Source: a virus | Taxonomy: Duplodnaviria; Caudoviricetes | Reading direction: 5' to 3' (one strand) | Virus record (IMG/VR): IMGVR_UViG_3300020043_000464 | Coordinates: 1-29,954 of that record | DNA: 29,954 nt | Shown: piece after piece, positions 18,248 to 25,858 of the stretch | Position numbering within the stretch: the stretch's first letter is position 1 | Layout: each line of letters starts with the position of its first letter | Translations under genes and position numbers: made by a program | The notes under the pieces: generated by a model | Told to the model about the DNA's origin: nothing | The model's database searches: none | The model's input: the letters and a program-made list of their open reading frames with translations, nothing else

Positions 18248-19978
18248 ATGTTTAGCTCAAACTCATCTCAAGTAAGTGGTGGCGTTGGTTTAGATGGCAT
18301 TCCTGCTGTCTATATGACATCAAATGTTGTTTCTCCCGATCATAATGTTTCAGAAGAGTTTTCTTGGGTTGTTCCTGCTGGCGTTTCAAAAATCAGCGTT
18401 TTGTGCATTGGTGCTGGAGGTGCTGGTGGTAAGGGTCAAGTTGATCCCAAGGCTGGCCCTTATGCTGGCACTGGTGGTGGTGGTGGCGCTCTCGCTTATG
18501 CAACTTTAGATGTAACTGCTGGAGAAACTTTAACCATTGGAATTGGACGAAGAGGATGGAATGGAGTCGATGGTGGCACAAGTTATGTTTACAGAGGTTC
18601 AACTCCATTAGTTGCAGCCAATGGAGGTATTTCAGGAAATAGTGGTGGCGGTGCTGGCGGTGCTGGTGGAATTGTTATTGCTGGCACTGGATATAGTGGT
18701 GGCGCTGGCGGTTATGCTCAAACTGCATTTGCTGCTGCTACTGGTGGTGGTGGCGCTGCGGGCTATTCAGGCAATGGCGGTAATGGTGGTCAGGGTAGTG
18801 ATGGATCAAATGGTCTTTCTGGATCAAACGGCAGTGGCGGTGGAGGTGGTGGTGGTGGTGGCAATGGCTACAATGTAAATGGTATTGCTGGCGGTGGCGG
18901 TGGTGTTGGATCATTTGGTTCTGGTTCAAGCGGTACTGGTGGGATTGGCGGTATTTCTGGCAGTTTATATGGTGGCGGTGGAAATGGTGGTTCTGGTGGC
19001 GCAAATGGAGGTGCTGGTGGCGTAGTTGAATCTATAACGGGATCAGGACTTGGTGGTGATTTTGGAGGTGGCTCTGGTGGATCAAAAAATGGATATAACA
19101 CATCACCTGCTGGACGAGGTTTAGTCCGAATTATTATTGGTAACGCTAAATTTCCATCAAATGCTGCTGAAAATACAAATCAAGCGGTAATCACGACAAC
19201 TGGCACAGGAACTTGGACAGTTCCTGATGGAGTCACTTCAGTTTCTGTTTTATGTATTGGTGGAGGTGGCGCTGGGACTAGGAATGATTCAATTGCGGCT
19301 GGCGGTGGTGGCGGTGGTTTGCGTTATTACAACAATCTTGCTGTAACTGCGGGAAGTTCAATTAGTTATCAAGTTGGAAGTGGTCAACAGAATGGTGATG
19401 GATTGCCAACTTTTTTCAATGGCACAAGCACAGCAAATGCAAGTGTCTGGGCTGGAGGTGGTAGTGTAGGAAATGGAAGCGTTGGTGGTCAAGGTGGCAC
19501 AGGAAGCACTACTGGTGGGTCAATAGGTGGTGGAAATGGTGGAAATGGTGGTTCTGGTAATAACGCAACTTATGCTGCTGGTGGTGGTGGTGCTGGTGGT
19601 TACACTGGAAATGGTGGAAATGGAACAAGTGGTGGAAATTTAGCAGCAACAAATGGATCAGGTGGCGGTGGCGGTGGTGGAAACAGAAGTAGTGATTATG
19701 CTGGGCATGGTGGTGCAGTTGGTATTTATGGCATAGGTTGGTCTGGTAATTCTCAATCAACCACTCCTCTCGACTATCAAAAAAATTCTGCTCCAGCAGC
19801 CTCGGGTGGTGTTACCACAGATCATGTTTTTAGTGCTCAACCAGAAGCAAATTCATTTGGTTATGGCGGGGGTGGTAGAGATTCAGCTTCAACAACCCAA
19901 ATGTATGGTGGAAGTGGTGTAATTAGAATTATTTGGGGCGGTGCTAATCGATCATTCCCCTATCTTTCAGGAAAGTGA
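18248..19978 (+). CDS. Glycine-rich receptor-binding/fibre-tip protein, two tandem domains
   Basis: Two units, each starting W.VP.GV...SVLCIG.GGAG and ending G.G..RII.G, with long Gly tracts. Confidence 0.75.
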   Translation: MFSSNSSQVSGGVGLDGIPAVYMTSNVVSPDHNVSEEFSWVVPAGVSKISVLCIGAGGAGGKGQVDPKAGPYAGTGGGGGALAYATLDVTAGETLTIGIGRRGWNGVDGGTSYVYRGSTPLVAANGGISGNSGGGAGGAGGIVIAGTGYSGGAGGYAQTAFAAATGGGGAAGYSGNGGNGGQGSDGSNGLSGSNGSGGGGGGGGGNGYNVNGIAGGGGGVGSFGSGSSGTGGIGGISGSLYGGGGNGGSGGANGGAGGVVESITGSGLGGDFGGGSGGSKNGYNTSPAGRGLVRIIIGNAKFPSNAAENTNQAVITTTGTGTWTVPDGVTSVSVLCIGGGGAGTRNDSIAAGGGGGGLRYYNNLAVTAGSSISYQVGSGQQNGDGLPTFFNGTSTANASVWAGGGSVGNGSVGGQGGTGSTTGGSIGGGNGGNGGSGNNATYAAGGGGAGGYTGNGGNGTSGGNLAATNGSGGGGGGGNRSSDYAGHGGAVGIYGIGWSGNSQSTTPLDYQKNSAPAASGGVTTDHVFSAQPEANSFGYGGGGRDSASTTQMYGGSGVIRIIWGGANRSFPYLSGK

Positions 19979-19986
19979 GAAATTAA

Positions 19987-20508
19987 ATGTTTGCAAGAAT
20001 TGAAAATGGTTCTGTCGCTGAATATCCATTGACAGAGCATGAAATTAGATCGCGTTTCCCGAACACATCTTTCACGACAAACTTTGCAAGTGGTTTGCCT
20101 GAAGGTTATGTCCAAGTTATGAGAACTGGAATTCCTCAAGCTGGCGAAGGATATGTTGTCAAAGAGGATCGTCCTGCATATTTGGACAATATGTGGGTTC
20201 AGATTTATTCAATTGATCCTGTTGGTACACCTGAAGAAATTGCAGCAAGAGATGCTCAAAAACTTGCAAATAAATGGCAAGAATTCCGAGACATCAGAGA
20301 TGACAAAATTCATCAATGCACTTATCGTTTAGAGCGTCACAAAGAACAAAAAGAACTTGGAATCTCAACATCAATGACTGACGCAGAATATATGCTTTGG
20401 CTGCAATATCGTCAGGAATTGCGTGATCTGCCTTCATTGGTTGAAAATATCAATACTTTTACAAATTGGCCTACTCAACCAAATAAATTATCAATTGCGG
20501 GGGCTTAA
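19987..20508 (+). CDS. Tail fibre assembly chaperone-like protein
   Basis: C-terminal WLQYRQELRDLP...WPTQP motif. Confidence 0.75.
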   Translation: MFARIENGSVAEYPLTEHEIRSRFPNTSFTTNFASGLPEGYVQVMRTGIPQAGEGYVVKEDRPAYLDNMWVQIYSIDPVGTPEEIAARDAQKLANKWQEFRDIRDDKIHQCTYRLERHKEQKELGISTSMTDAEYMLWLQYRQELRDLPSLVENINTFTNWPTQPNKLSIAGA

Positions 20509-20876
20509 TGTCCGAGCCAATCTCAACAATTAGTTGCGTTTCAAATGTTTATGTTCGACAAATGCTTTTTGAAAAAGCTGGGGATGTAAACGCTGGGCAT
20601 GAGCATATTTTTGACCACCAGACATTATTGGCTAAAGGCGGGATAAAAGCTGTTGTTGATGGGAAAACAAGTTATTTTGTTGCACCACAAATAATTTTTA
20701 TCAAAGCAGGAATAATGCACGAATTCACAGCGACTGAAGACAAAACCTTATGTTTTTGCATTCATGCTTTGCGCGATGGTGATGATGTTTGTGACATTAT
20801 TGATCCAATGGGAGTTCCGCAAGGAATCAATCCAGATGGAATTTTTGAAAAAGCCAAACCTTTAGTTAAAACTTAA
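20508..20876 (+). CDS. Cupin-fold protein
   Basis: GHEHIFDH and IFIKAGIMHEF fit cupin metal-binding motifs 1 and 2. Confidence 0.75.
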   Translation: MSEPISTISCVSNVYVRQMLFEKAGDVNAGHEHIFDHQTLLAKGGIKAVVDGKTSYFVAPQIIFIKAGIMHEFTATEDKTLCFCIHALRDGDDVCDIIDPMGVPQGINPDGIFEKAKPLVKT

Positions 20877-20885
20877 AGATCAAAA

Positions 20886-21920
20886 ATGCTTGGACATTAC
20901 GCACTTTCAGAATTTCCAATCAGCACATCGGGCATTTCCGATGCAACTGCTAGTGCGTCCATTGGTACAGTCACAGCGACTGTTTTGGCTGCGTCGATCA
21001 CTGCTGACGCATTAGTCCAAGTCACAATCGGCACTTGCTCAATAAGTGCAATAAATGCAACAGCAACTGGAGAGGCAACTGCATCCAGTGAAATTTCAAC
21101 TGTCACAGCAACTGTCCCAAGTTCTACTCAAACTGCTGACGCTCTGATTCAAGCATCTTTCCTGACAGACACAGCAACGGCTCCTGAAGCCAGCGCAACT
21201 GGTGACGCAAACATCCAGAGTGCAATTGGCACTGTCACAGCGACTGCACCGACTGCGATTGCTTATCCTCAAGTCGTTGTTCAAGTAACAATCGGCACTG
21301 TCACAGCAACTTCACCAGAAGCCAGCGCGACTGGTGGTGCAATGGCTGTTTCTGACATTGGCACTGTTTCGGCTTCAGTCTTGGAATTCTCGACTTCTGG
21401 AACTGCCAACACATCAGCAAACATTGGAACTGTCACAACAAGTTCACCAACTGCGACTGCTTATAGTTCGACAATTGCTCAAGCAAGCATTGGAACTGTC
21501 ATTGCAACGGCTCCAAGTGCTTCTGCGGTGGGTTTTGCCAATGCTTTGGCTTTGATTGGAACTGTTGCTGCAAATGAGCCTGAATTCTCAGTCTCTGGTG
21601 ATGGCCTGATTCAAGTTGCAATCCCATTGGTCAGTGACATGGCTCCGACTGCCACAGCCACTGGTGATGGAAATGCCTTTGCAAATATCAACACTGTCGG
21701 CTCGGTCGTTCCTAATGTTTCATTGTCTGGAAATGCCAATATTCAGGCTTTGTTGGCAACTGTCACGGCAACGGCTCCGACTGCAACAGCTTATGCGGTT
21801 TCATCATCAAGCAATCTACTTTATGTCTATGCTGAAAACCGAGAAATCGTGATTGATTTAGAATCTCGGACATTGTATGTTGCCAACGAGAATCGAATTC
21901 TGGAGGTTTCAAATGGCTGA
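20886..21920 (+). CDS. Ala/Thr/Ser-rich repeat protein (13 x 22 aa), candidate fibre rope/ruler
   Basis: Units such as GDANIQSAIGTVTATAPTAIAY recur with an exact 22-aa period. C-terminus has four ~9-aa repeats. Confidence 0.65.
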   Translation: MLGHYALSEFPISTSGISDATASASIGTVTATVLAASITADALVQVTIGTCSISAINATATGEATASSEISTVTATVPSSTQTADALIQASFLTDTATAPEASATGDANIQSAIGTVTATAPTAIAYPQVVVQVTIGTVTATSPEASATGGAMAVSDIGTVSASVLEFSTSGTANTSANIGTVTTSSPTATAYSSTIAQASIGTVIATAPSASAVGFANALALIGTVAANEPEFSVSGDGLIQVAIPLVSDMAPTATATGDGNAFANINTVGSVVPNVSLSGNANIQALLATVTATAPTATAYAVSSSSNLLYVYAENREIVIDLESRTLYVANENRILEVSNG

Positions 21921-22188
21921 TTTTATAAAAGACCCAAATGCGGTTCTTGACTATGGGTTCGACTGGTCTGATTGGCTTCAAGGTGGTGAAACCATTGCAA
22001 GTTCAACTTGGCTCAATCCTGATTCGATCACTGTGAACTCAAGTTCTAATTTGCCAGAATCCACAGTCATTTGGGTTTCTGGTGGCACTGCTGGCAAGAC
22101 TTATCGTCTGACAAACCGAGTGGTCACAAACAACTCACCCGCAAGGACTGAGGATCGCACTTTGACAATTGAGGTTCAAGAGCGATGA
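21913..22188 (+). CDS. Fibre-tail adaptor / collar-like protein (91 aa)
   Basis: Start moved to ATG 21913 after GGAGG. Motif KDPNAVLDYGFDWSDWL...WVSGGTAGKTY...RTEDRT. Confidence 0.65.
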   Translation: MADFIKDPNAVLDYGFDWSDWLQGGETIASSTWLNPDSITVNSSSNLPESTVIWVSGGTAGKTYRLTNRVVTNNSPARTEDRTLTIEVQER

Positions 22189-22370
22189 ATGACACTCATG
22201 CAGAAACAACCACAGCAATTGTGGCGAAAGTCGCTCCACCAGCAACAGTTTCACTTGCCACTGTCATGGGCATCCAAGTCAGTGAATTGGTGCTTTGGGC
22301 GACTCTAATTTATACAGTTTTACTGATTGGTCACAAAGTTTGGGCCATTTATAAAGATTTGAAAAAATGA
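22185..22370 (+). CDS. Putative holin (61 aa)
   Basis: Hydrophobic segments, ELVLWATLIYTVLLIG, basic C-terminus KDLKK. First gene after the structural genes. Confidence 0.55.
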   Translation: MNDTHAETTTAIVAKVAPPATVSLATVMGIQVSELVLWATLIYTVLLIGHKVWAIYKDLKK

Positions 22371-22459
22371 AAGACTGGATCGTCGCTCTGTTGGCTGCGA
22401 TCCTTTTGTTCAGTTTGATTTTTTGGTCGGTGTCAGTCATCATTTGGCACTGGCGATGA
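22367..22459 (+). CDS. 30-aa single-TM peptide (not in ORF track)
   Basis: MKDWIVALLAAILLFSLIFWSVSVIIWHWR, with ATGA overlaps at both ends. Confidence 0.6.
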   Translation: MKDWIVALLAAILLFSLIFWSVSVIIWHWR

Positions 22460-22581
22460 CTGGTTTTGTTTTGTCCATTTTGATATTTGCAAACACTGAA
22501 TATCGCTGTGTTAGATGGGCTTGGTCTGGTGATGTTTACTCCAGAAAAGTTCGTTGCATTGAATGGAAAAAGGTGAAGTGA
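22456..22581 (+). CDS. 41-aa peptide with a Cys pair (not in ORF track)
   Basis: MTGFVLSILIFANTEYRCVRWAWSGDVYSRKVRCIEWKKVK. ATGA overlap upstream, TGATG overlap downstream. Confidence 0.6.
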   Translation: MTGFVLSILIFANTEYRCVRWAWSGDVYSRKVRCIEWKKVK

Positions 22582-23084
22582 TGATTCCTATCGATCCCAT
22601 CGCAGCGTTAGATGGACTGCAAAAAGCCATTGGAATGGTCAAAAAAGCCAGCAAGGTGGCAAATGATCTTCAAGGCTTGTCTGGTGTAATTGGCAAAATG
22701 TTTGATGCCAAAAGCGTGGCTACTAAAGCCATGATTCAGGCAAAAAGCAGTAAAAAAGGCTCAAACATGGGCGCTGCTTTGCAAATCGAGATGTGTCTCG
22801 ACGAAGCAAGGCGGTTCGAGGAAGAATTGAAAATGCTATTCCAAGCGACTGGCCGTGCGGACGTCTGGGCTAAGATTAAAGCAAGACAGGCTGAGATGGA
22901 CTTGGCTGATGCAAAAGAGATCAGCGCACTCAAGGCTCAGGAAAAAAAACAGAAGCAAGCGGAGCAAGAGCAAATGGAAATGGCGATGCTTATTGGCGGG
23001 ATCGCATTCGTTCTGCTTCTCGTTGGTATCGGCATCAATGAAATGATCGATTTTTGTCAAACGACAAAGCGGTGTGGTCGGTGA
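22581..23084 (+). CDS. Coiled-coil protein with C-terminal TM segment (167 aa)
   Basis: Start moved to MIPIDPIAAL, coupled to the previous stop. TM segment AMLIGGIAFVLLLVGIGI. Confidence 0.75.
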   Translation: MIPIDPIAALDGLQKAIGMVKKASKVANDLQGLSGVIGKMFDAKSVATKAMIQAKSSKKGSNMGAALQIEMCLDEARRFEEELKMLFQATGRADVWAKIKARQAEMDLADAKEISALKAQEKKQKQAEQEQMEMAMLIGGIAFVLLLVGIGINEMIDFCQTTKRCGR

Positions 23085-23230
23085 ATGAGTATCAAAAACA
23101 ATTCGATCAGTTTCTCAAAATATTTGTTCGTTTGTGTGTTGTTTGGTGGGTGCTTGGACTGCTCCGATTTTTCCCAGACGACATAAGCGATCGAATAGTG
23201 GCTAAGATTTTGTCAATGTTTGGAATATGA
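23081..23230 (+). CDS. 49-aa membrane peptide (GTG start, not in ORF track)
   Basis: MNEYQKQFDQFLKIFVRLCVVWWVLGLLRFFPDDISDRIVAKILSMFGI. GTGA overlap upstream, ATGA overlap downstream. Confidence 0.6.
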   Translation: MNEYQKQFDQFLKIFVRLCVVWWVLGLLRFFPDDISDRIVAKILSMFGI

Positions 23231-23403
23231 AAATATCAACTTATCAAAGCAATGCGCAAATGTTGAAAGAGACAACAAGAGTCTTGCACCAGCAGCATTT
23301 GCAAAATTTGCAGAAGTTGAATCGACAAGAGGACTATCGACAAAAAGTCCAAGAAATCAAAACTCATTGGGTCAAACCTAATTCAGTGGATGTTTACGCA
23401 TGA
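23227..23403 (+). CDS. 58-aa Gln-rich helical peptide (not in ORF track)
   Basis: MKISTYQSNAQMLKETTRVLHQQHLQNLQKLNRQEDYRQKVQEIKTHWVKPNSVDVYA, with ATGA overlaps at both ends. Confidence 0.6.
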   Translation: MKISTYQSNAQMLKETTRVLHQQHLQNLQKLNRQEDYRQKVQEIKTHWVKPNSVDVYA

Positions 23404-23609
23404 AATATTTGATCGCAATTTCACTTTTGATGCTGACTGGCTGTGAGGATAGGTACAGATATTTTTGTCAAAACCCTGACAATTTCACTGCTGAACAATG
23501 CCAGAAACCAAAATGCTTATTTACGCAACAATGTCCAGAATATCTGGTGGCCCCAATCTTGGAGAAAAAGGTAAATGATGTCCAATCAGAAACCAAACCT
23601 AACAACTGA
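23400..23609 (+). CDS. Small Cys-rich lipoprotein
   Basis: Signal peptide with lipobox LTGC and four further Cys. Confidence 0.75.
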   Translation: MKYLIAISLLMLTGCEDRYRYFCQNPDNFTAEQCQKPKCLFTQQCPEYLVAPILEKKVNDVQSETKPNN

Positions 23610-24114
23610 GGAGTTTGAGGTCAGGGTGTGGGGATTTGTGGTCATTGTGGTCACTTGCATTCTTTGTTTCATTGTCATTGCTTTGCTTTATTCAGTGACA
23701 TTTGTGACTCAGCCAATCAAATCGATGGCTCCAATCGATCAGGCTTACACAAAGATGCTCAATGACATTGTTCTTTTGATTGTTGGTGGCATTGGTGGTG
23801 TGATGACAAAAAGGGCGGCTGGCGCTGCTGCAAAGGCTTTTGGGACTCCAAATCCACCTCCGATGATGCAACCCATGTGTCAACCGATGAACGGCTCTCC
23901 TATGGGTTATCAGGGCGGCTATTCCAGCAGTTTTGCTCCACCTCAATCGGCTTATGGTTTGCCAAGTCAACCATTCGGAGCAATGCCAGTCTGGAAAAAC
24001 CCTGAACTCGACGAGTCATGGGTTCCTCCTCCACCTCCGACAACACCTCCAGATCATCTTGAGGATGACGACGAGCGAGAACAACTTGCAATTGCCAGAC
24101 AGGAGTCAGAATAA
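23575..24114 (+). CDS. Two-TM membrane protein with Pro/Met-rich disordered tail (holin-like candidate)
   Basis: TM1 VWGFVVIVVTCILCFIVIALLYSV, TM2 IVLLIVGGIGGVM, then a low-complexity tail. Confidence 0.65.
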   Translation: MMSNQKPNLTTEEFEVRVWGFVVIVVTCILCFIVIALLYSVTFVTQPIKSMAPIDQAYTKMLNDIVLLIVGGIGGVMTKRAAGAAAKAFGTPNPPPMMQPMCQPMNGSPMGYQGGYSSSFAPPQSAYGLPSQPFGAMPVWKNPELDESWVPPPPPTTPPDHLEDDDEREQLAIARQESE

Positions 24115-24611
24115 TGCTTCCAATTCCATTGCCTTGGCTGATTGTTGGTGTTCTGGTTTCACTCTTTGGAACTTATCGAGTCGGTCATCACTATGGTTGG
24201 ATCGAGCGCGACAATGACATGAAAATTGCCATTGCCAAAAAGAATGACGAGGCAAGGAAGACTGAGCAAAAACTTAATGAGCAACTCAATGAAAATTCAA
24301 GCAAATTATTGGAGGCCACAAATGTTGTCAATCAAAAACAAACTGCTTTGGATCGCGCCATTCGTGCTGGTCGGGTGCGCATCGGCTCCTCAAGTTGTCC
24401 ACCAGCCTCCACAAATTCCACCATTGCCAGCGCAAATCAAGAAACAGGAAGTCAACCTGACAGACAGGCTGACACAGCTTCTGATGCCGAAAGAGCAACC
24501 CTCGCAGCCATTGCAGAAATAGTCGCTCAAGGTGACAGAAACACTGCGGCTCTGAATGCGTGCGTGGATTCTTATCAACAAATGAGAGAATTGATAAATG
24601 GTAAGTCCTGA
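24114..24611 (+). CDS. Rz: Inner-membrane spanin (Rz-like)
   Basis: N-terminal TM, coiled coil, C-terminal GDRNTAALNACVDSY. Contains an embedded lipoprotein ORF. Confidence 0.85.
   Translation: MLPIPLPWLIVGVLVSLFGTYRVGHHYGWIERDNDMKIAIAKKNDEARKTEQKLNEQLNENSSKLLEATNVVNQKQTALDRAIRAGRVRIGSSSCPPASTNSTIASANQETGSQPDRQADTASDAERATLAAIAEIVAQGDRNTAALNACVDSYQQMRELINGKS
24322..24522 (+). CDS. Rz1: Outer-membrane spanin lipoprotein (Rz1-like), embedded in Rz in the +1 frame
   Basis: GGAGG at 24311-24315, ATG at 24322, lipobox LVGC, Pro-rich mature part (HQPPQIPPLPAQ). 66 aa. Confidence 0.85.
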   Translation: MLSIKNKLLWIAPFVLVGCASAPQVVHQPPQIPPLPAQIKKQEVNLTDRLTQLLMPKEQPSQPLQK

Positions 24612-25194
24612 ACAACTTAAACAACTTCACATCGGTGAACAATGGCTCGATCCATTGAATGCCACATTTGATCGCTTTGATATTTCAAGCCCCATTCGTC
24701 AGGCTTGCTTTATTGGTCAAGTCGCGCATGAAAGCGGTGGTTTTAAGTTTTTGGTTGAAAACCTGAATTACAAAAAAGAGGCACTGCAAAAGATTTGGCC
24801 TAAGCGATTTGATGCTGCCAAAGCTGAGGCTTGCCAGCGCAATCCTCGCATGATTGCCAATGTTGTTTATAGTGGTCGGATGGGCAACAGGGATGAGGCT
24901 TCTGATGATGGCTGGCGCTTCAGAGGCCGAGGTTGCATCCAGTTGACTGGTCATGCAAACTACTTTCACGCTGGTCAGGCTTTAGGAGTTGACTTTGTGA
25001 TGGAGCCTGATCTTGTTGCGACTCCTCAATATGCCATGCTGACTGCTGGATGGTTCTGGGACACCCACAAACTAAACCAGTTTGCGGATGCCAGAGACTA
25101 CAAAGGAATGACTAAAAAAATCAATGGTGGTTTCATCGGTCTTGAGGACAGGATCAAACACATTGAGGAAGCCTTAGCCATTCTCAAGCGTTAA
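24598..25194 (+). CDS. Endolysin, glycoside hydrolase family 19
   Basis: FIGQVAHESGGF, FRGRGCIQLTGHANY, TKKINGG...GLEDR. Confidence 0.93.
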   Translation: MVSPEQLKQLHIGEQWLDPLNATFDRFDISSPIRQACFIGQVAHESGGFKFLVENLNYKKEALQKIWPKRFDAAKAEACQRNPRMIANVVYSGRMGNRDEASDDGWRFRGRGCIQLTGHANYFHAGQALGVDFVMEPDLVATPQYAMLTAGWFWDTHKLNQFADARDYKGMTKKINGGFIGLEDRIKHIEEALAILKR

Positions 25195-25496
25195 GCCTGT
25201 TTGACAAAGATTCCATCTTTATTGAGAAAGCCTTTTCGATCTTTTATCTGCTCATAAGCGGCCTCAAAGCAAGTCTTGAGATCGAGATCAGCGCAAGCGC
25301 AGCCCATGACCAGTGTGACAAGGATGTCTCCATAAGCATCGATCATGGCCTCTCGATCATTCTTTGATATTGCATCAAACAACTCATCGAGTTCCTCTTT
25401 CGTTTTGAGTGCTTGGGCATAAGGGGTGCTGTTTTGCACAATTCCTCGATTTTGGCCCCAAACAATCACATCCATTTCAGTCTTTGCAAACGACAT
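25191..25496 (-). CDS. MazG-like nucleotide pyrophosphohydrolase
   Basis: KTKEELDEL...DAYGDILVTL and AYEQIKDRKG. Start moved to MSFAK (25496), which has a purine-rich RBS. Confidence 0.85.
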   Translation of the reverse strand: MSFAKTEMDVIVWGQNRGIVQNSTPYAQALKTKEELDELFDAISKNDREAMIDAYGDILVTLVMGCACADLDLKTCFEAAYEQIKDRKGFLNKDGIFVKQA

Positions 25497-25788
25497 TCCA
25501 CTCCCTTTCATTTCTGTTTGAATTCGATTTAACTGTGTTTCCTGTTGGCTCAATGAGGCCAATGATTTTCATTTCATTCAAGCGTCTGGCGACTTGATTT
25601 CCATCGAGGTTGGTCAGGGCTGCAATGCCATCTTTCCCAAGCGCTCCATGAGTTTGAAGGCACTCCAAAATGATCTGGTGGTGCTGTGATGCAACTGGTT
25701 TGATCGACTCGGCTGCCTCAAATGATGTCAGAGGGTCTGATGATCTGACTCTTGGGAATACTACTGAAAACAACTGTGAAAATTTCAT
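25477..25788 (-). CDS. Winged-HTH DNA-binding protein
   Basis: RSSDPLTSFEAA, then IAALTNLDGNQVARRLNEM...GLIE. RBS GGAGAA. Confidence 0.7.
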   Translation of the reverse strand: MKFSQLFSVVFPRVRSSDPLTSFEAAESIKPVASQHHQIILECLQTHGALGKDGIAALTNLDGNQVARRLNEMKIIGLIEPTGNTVKSNSNRNEREWNVVCKD

Positions 25789-25798
25789 TTAGTTCTCC

Positions 25799-25858
25799 AA
25801 TAAGTTGAGGACTACTCACATTCGTCCGACATTGCTGTCTGCTTTCGTCCTCGTTATT
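25799..25858 (-). ncRNA. Candidate structured RNA element (E-loop + GNRA hairpin) between ssb and the HTH gene
   Basis: GAGGAC/GUCCUC stem, GAA/AGUA loop-E geometry, GACA-GCAA-UGUC hairpin. Confidence 0.5.

Noticed and set aside
18393-19760. His-rich and Pro-rich minus-strand ORFs
   Set aside because: They are the antisense shadow of GGT/GGC glycine codons.
23575-23580. Holin dual-start motif
   Set aside because: The two Met codons are adjacent with no Lys/Arg between them, unlike lambda S105/S107.
25807-25852. Hammerhead ribozyme, suggested by GACGAAA next to a stem
   Set aside because: No CUGANGA core on either strand. Kept only as an unclassified structured RNA.
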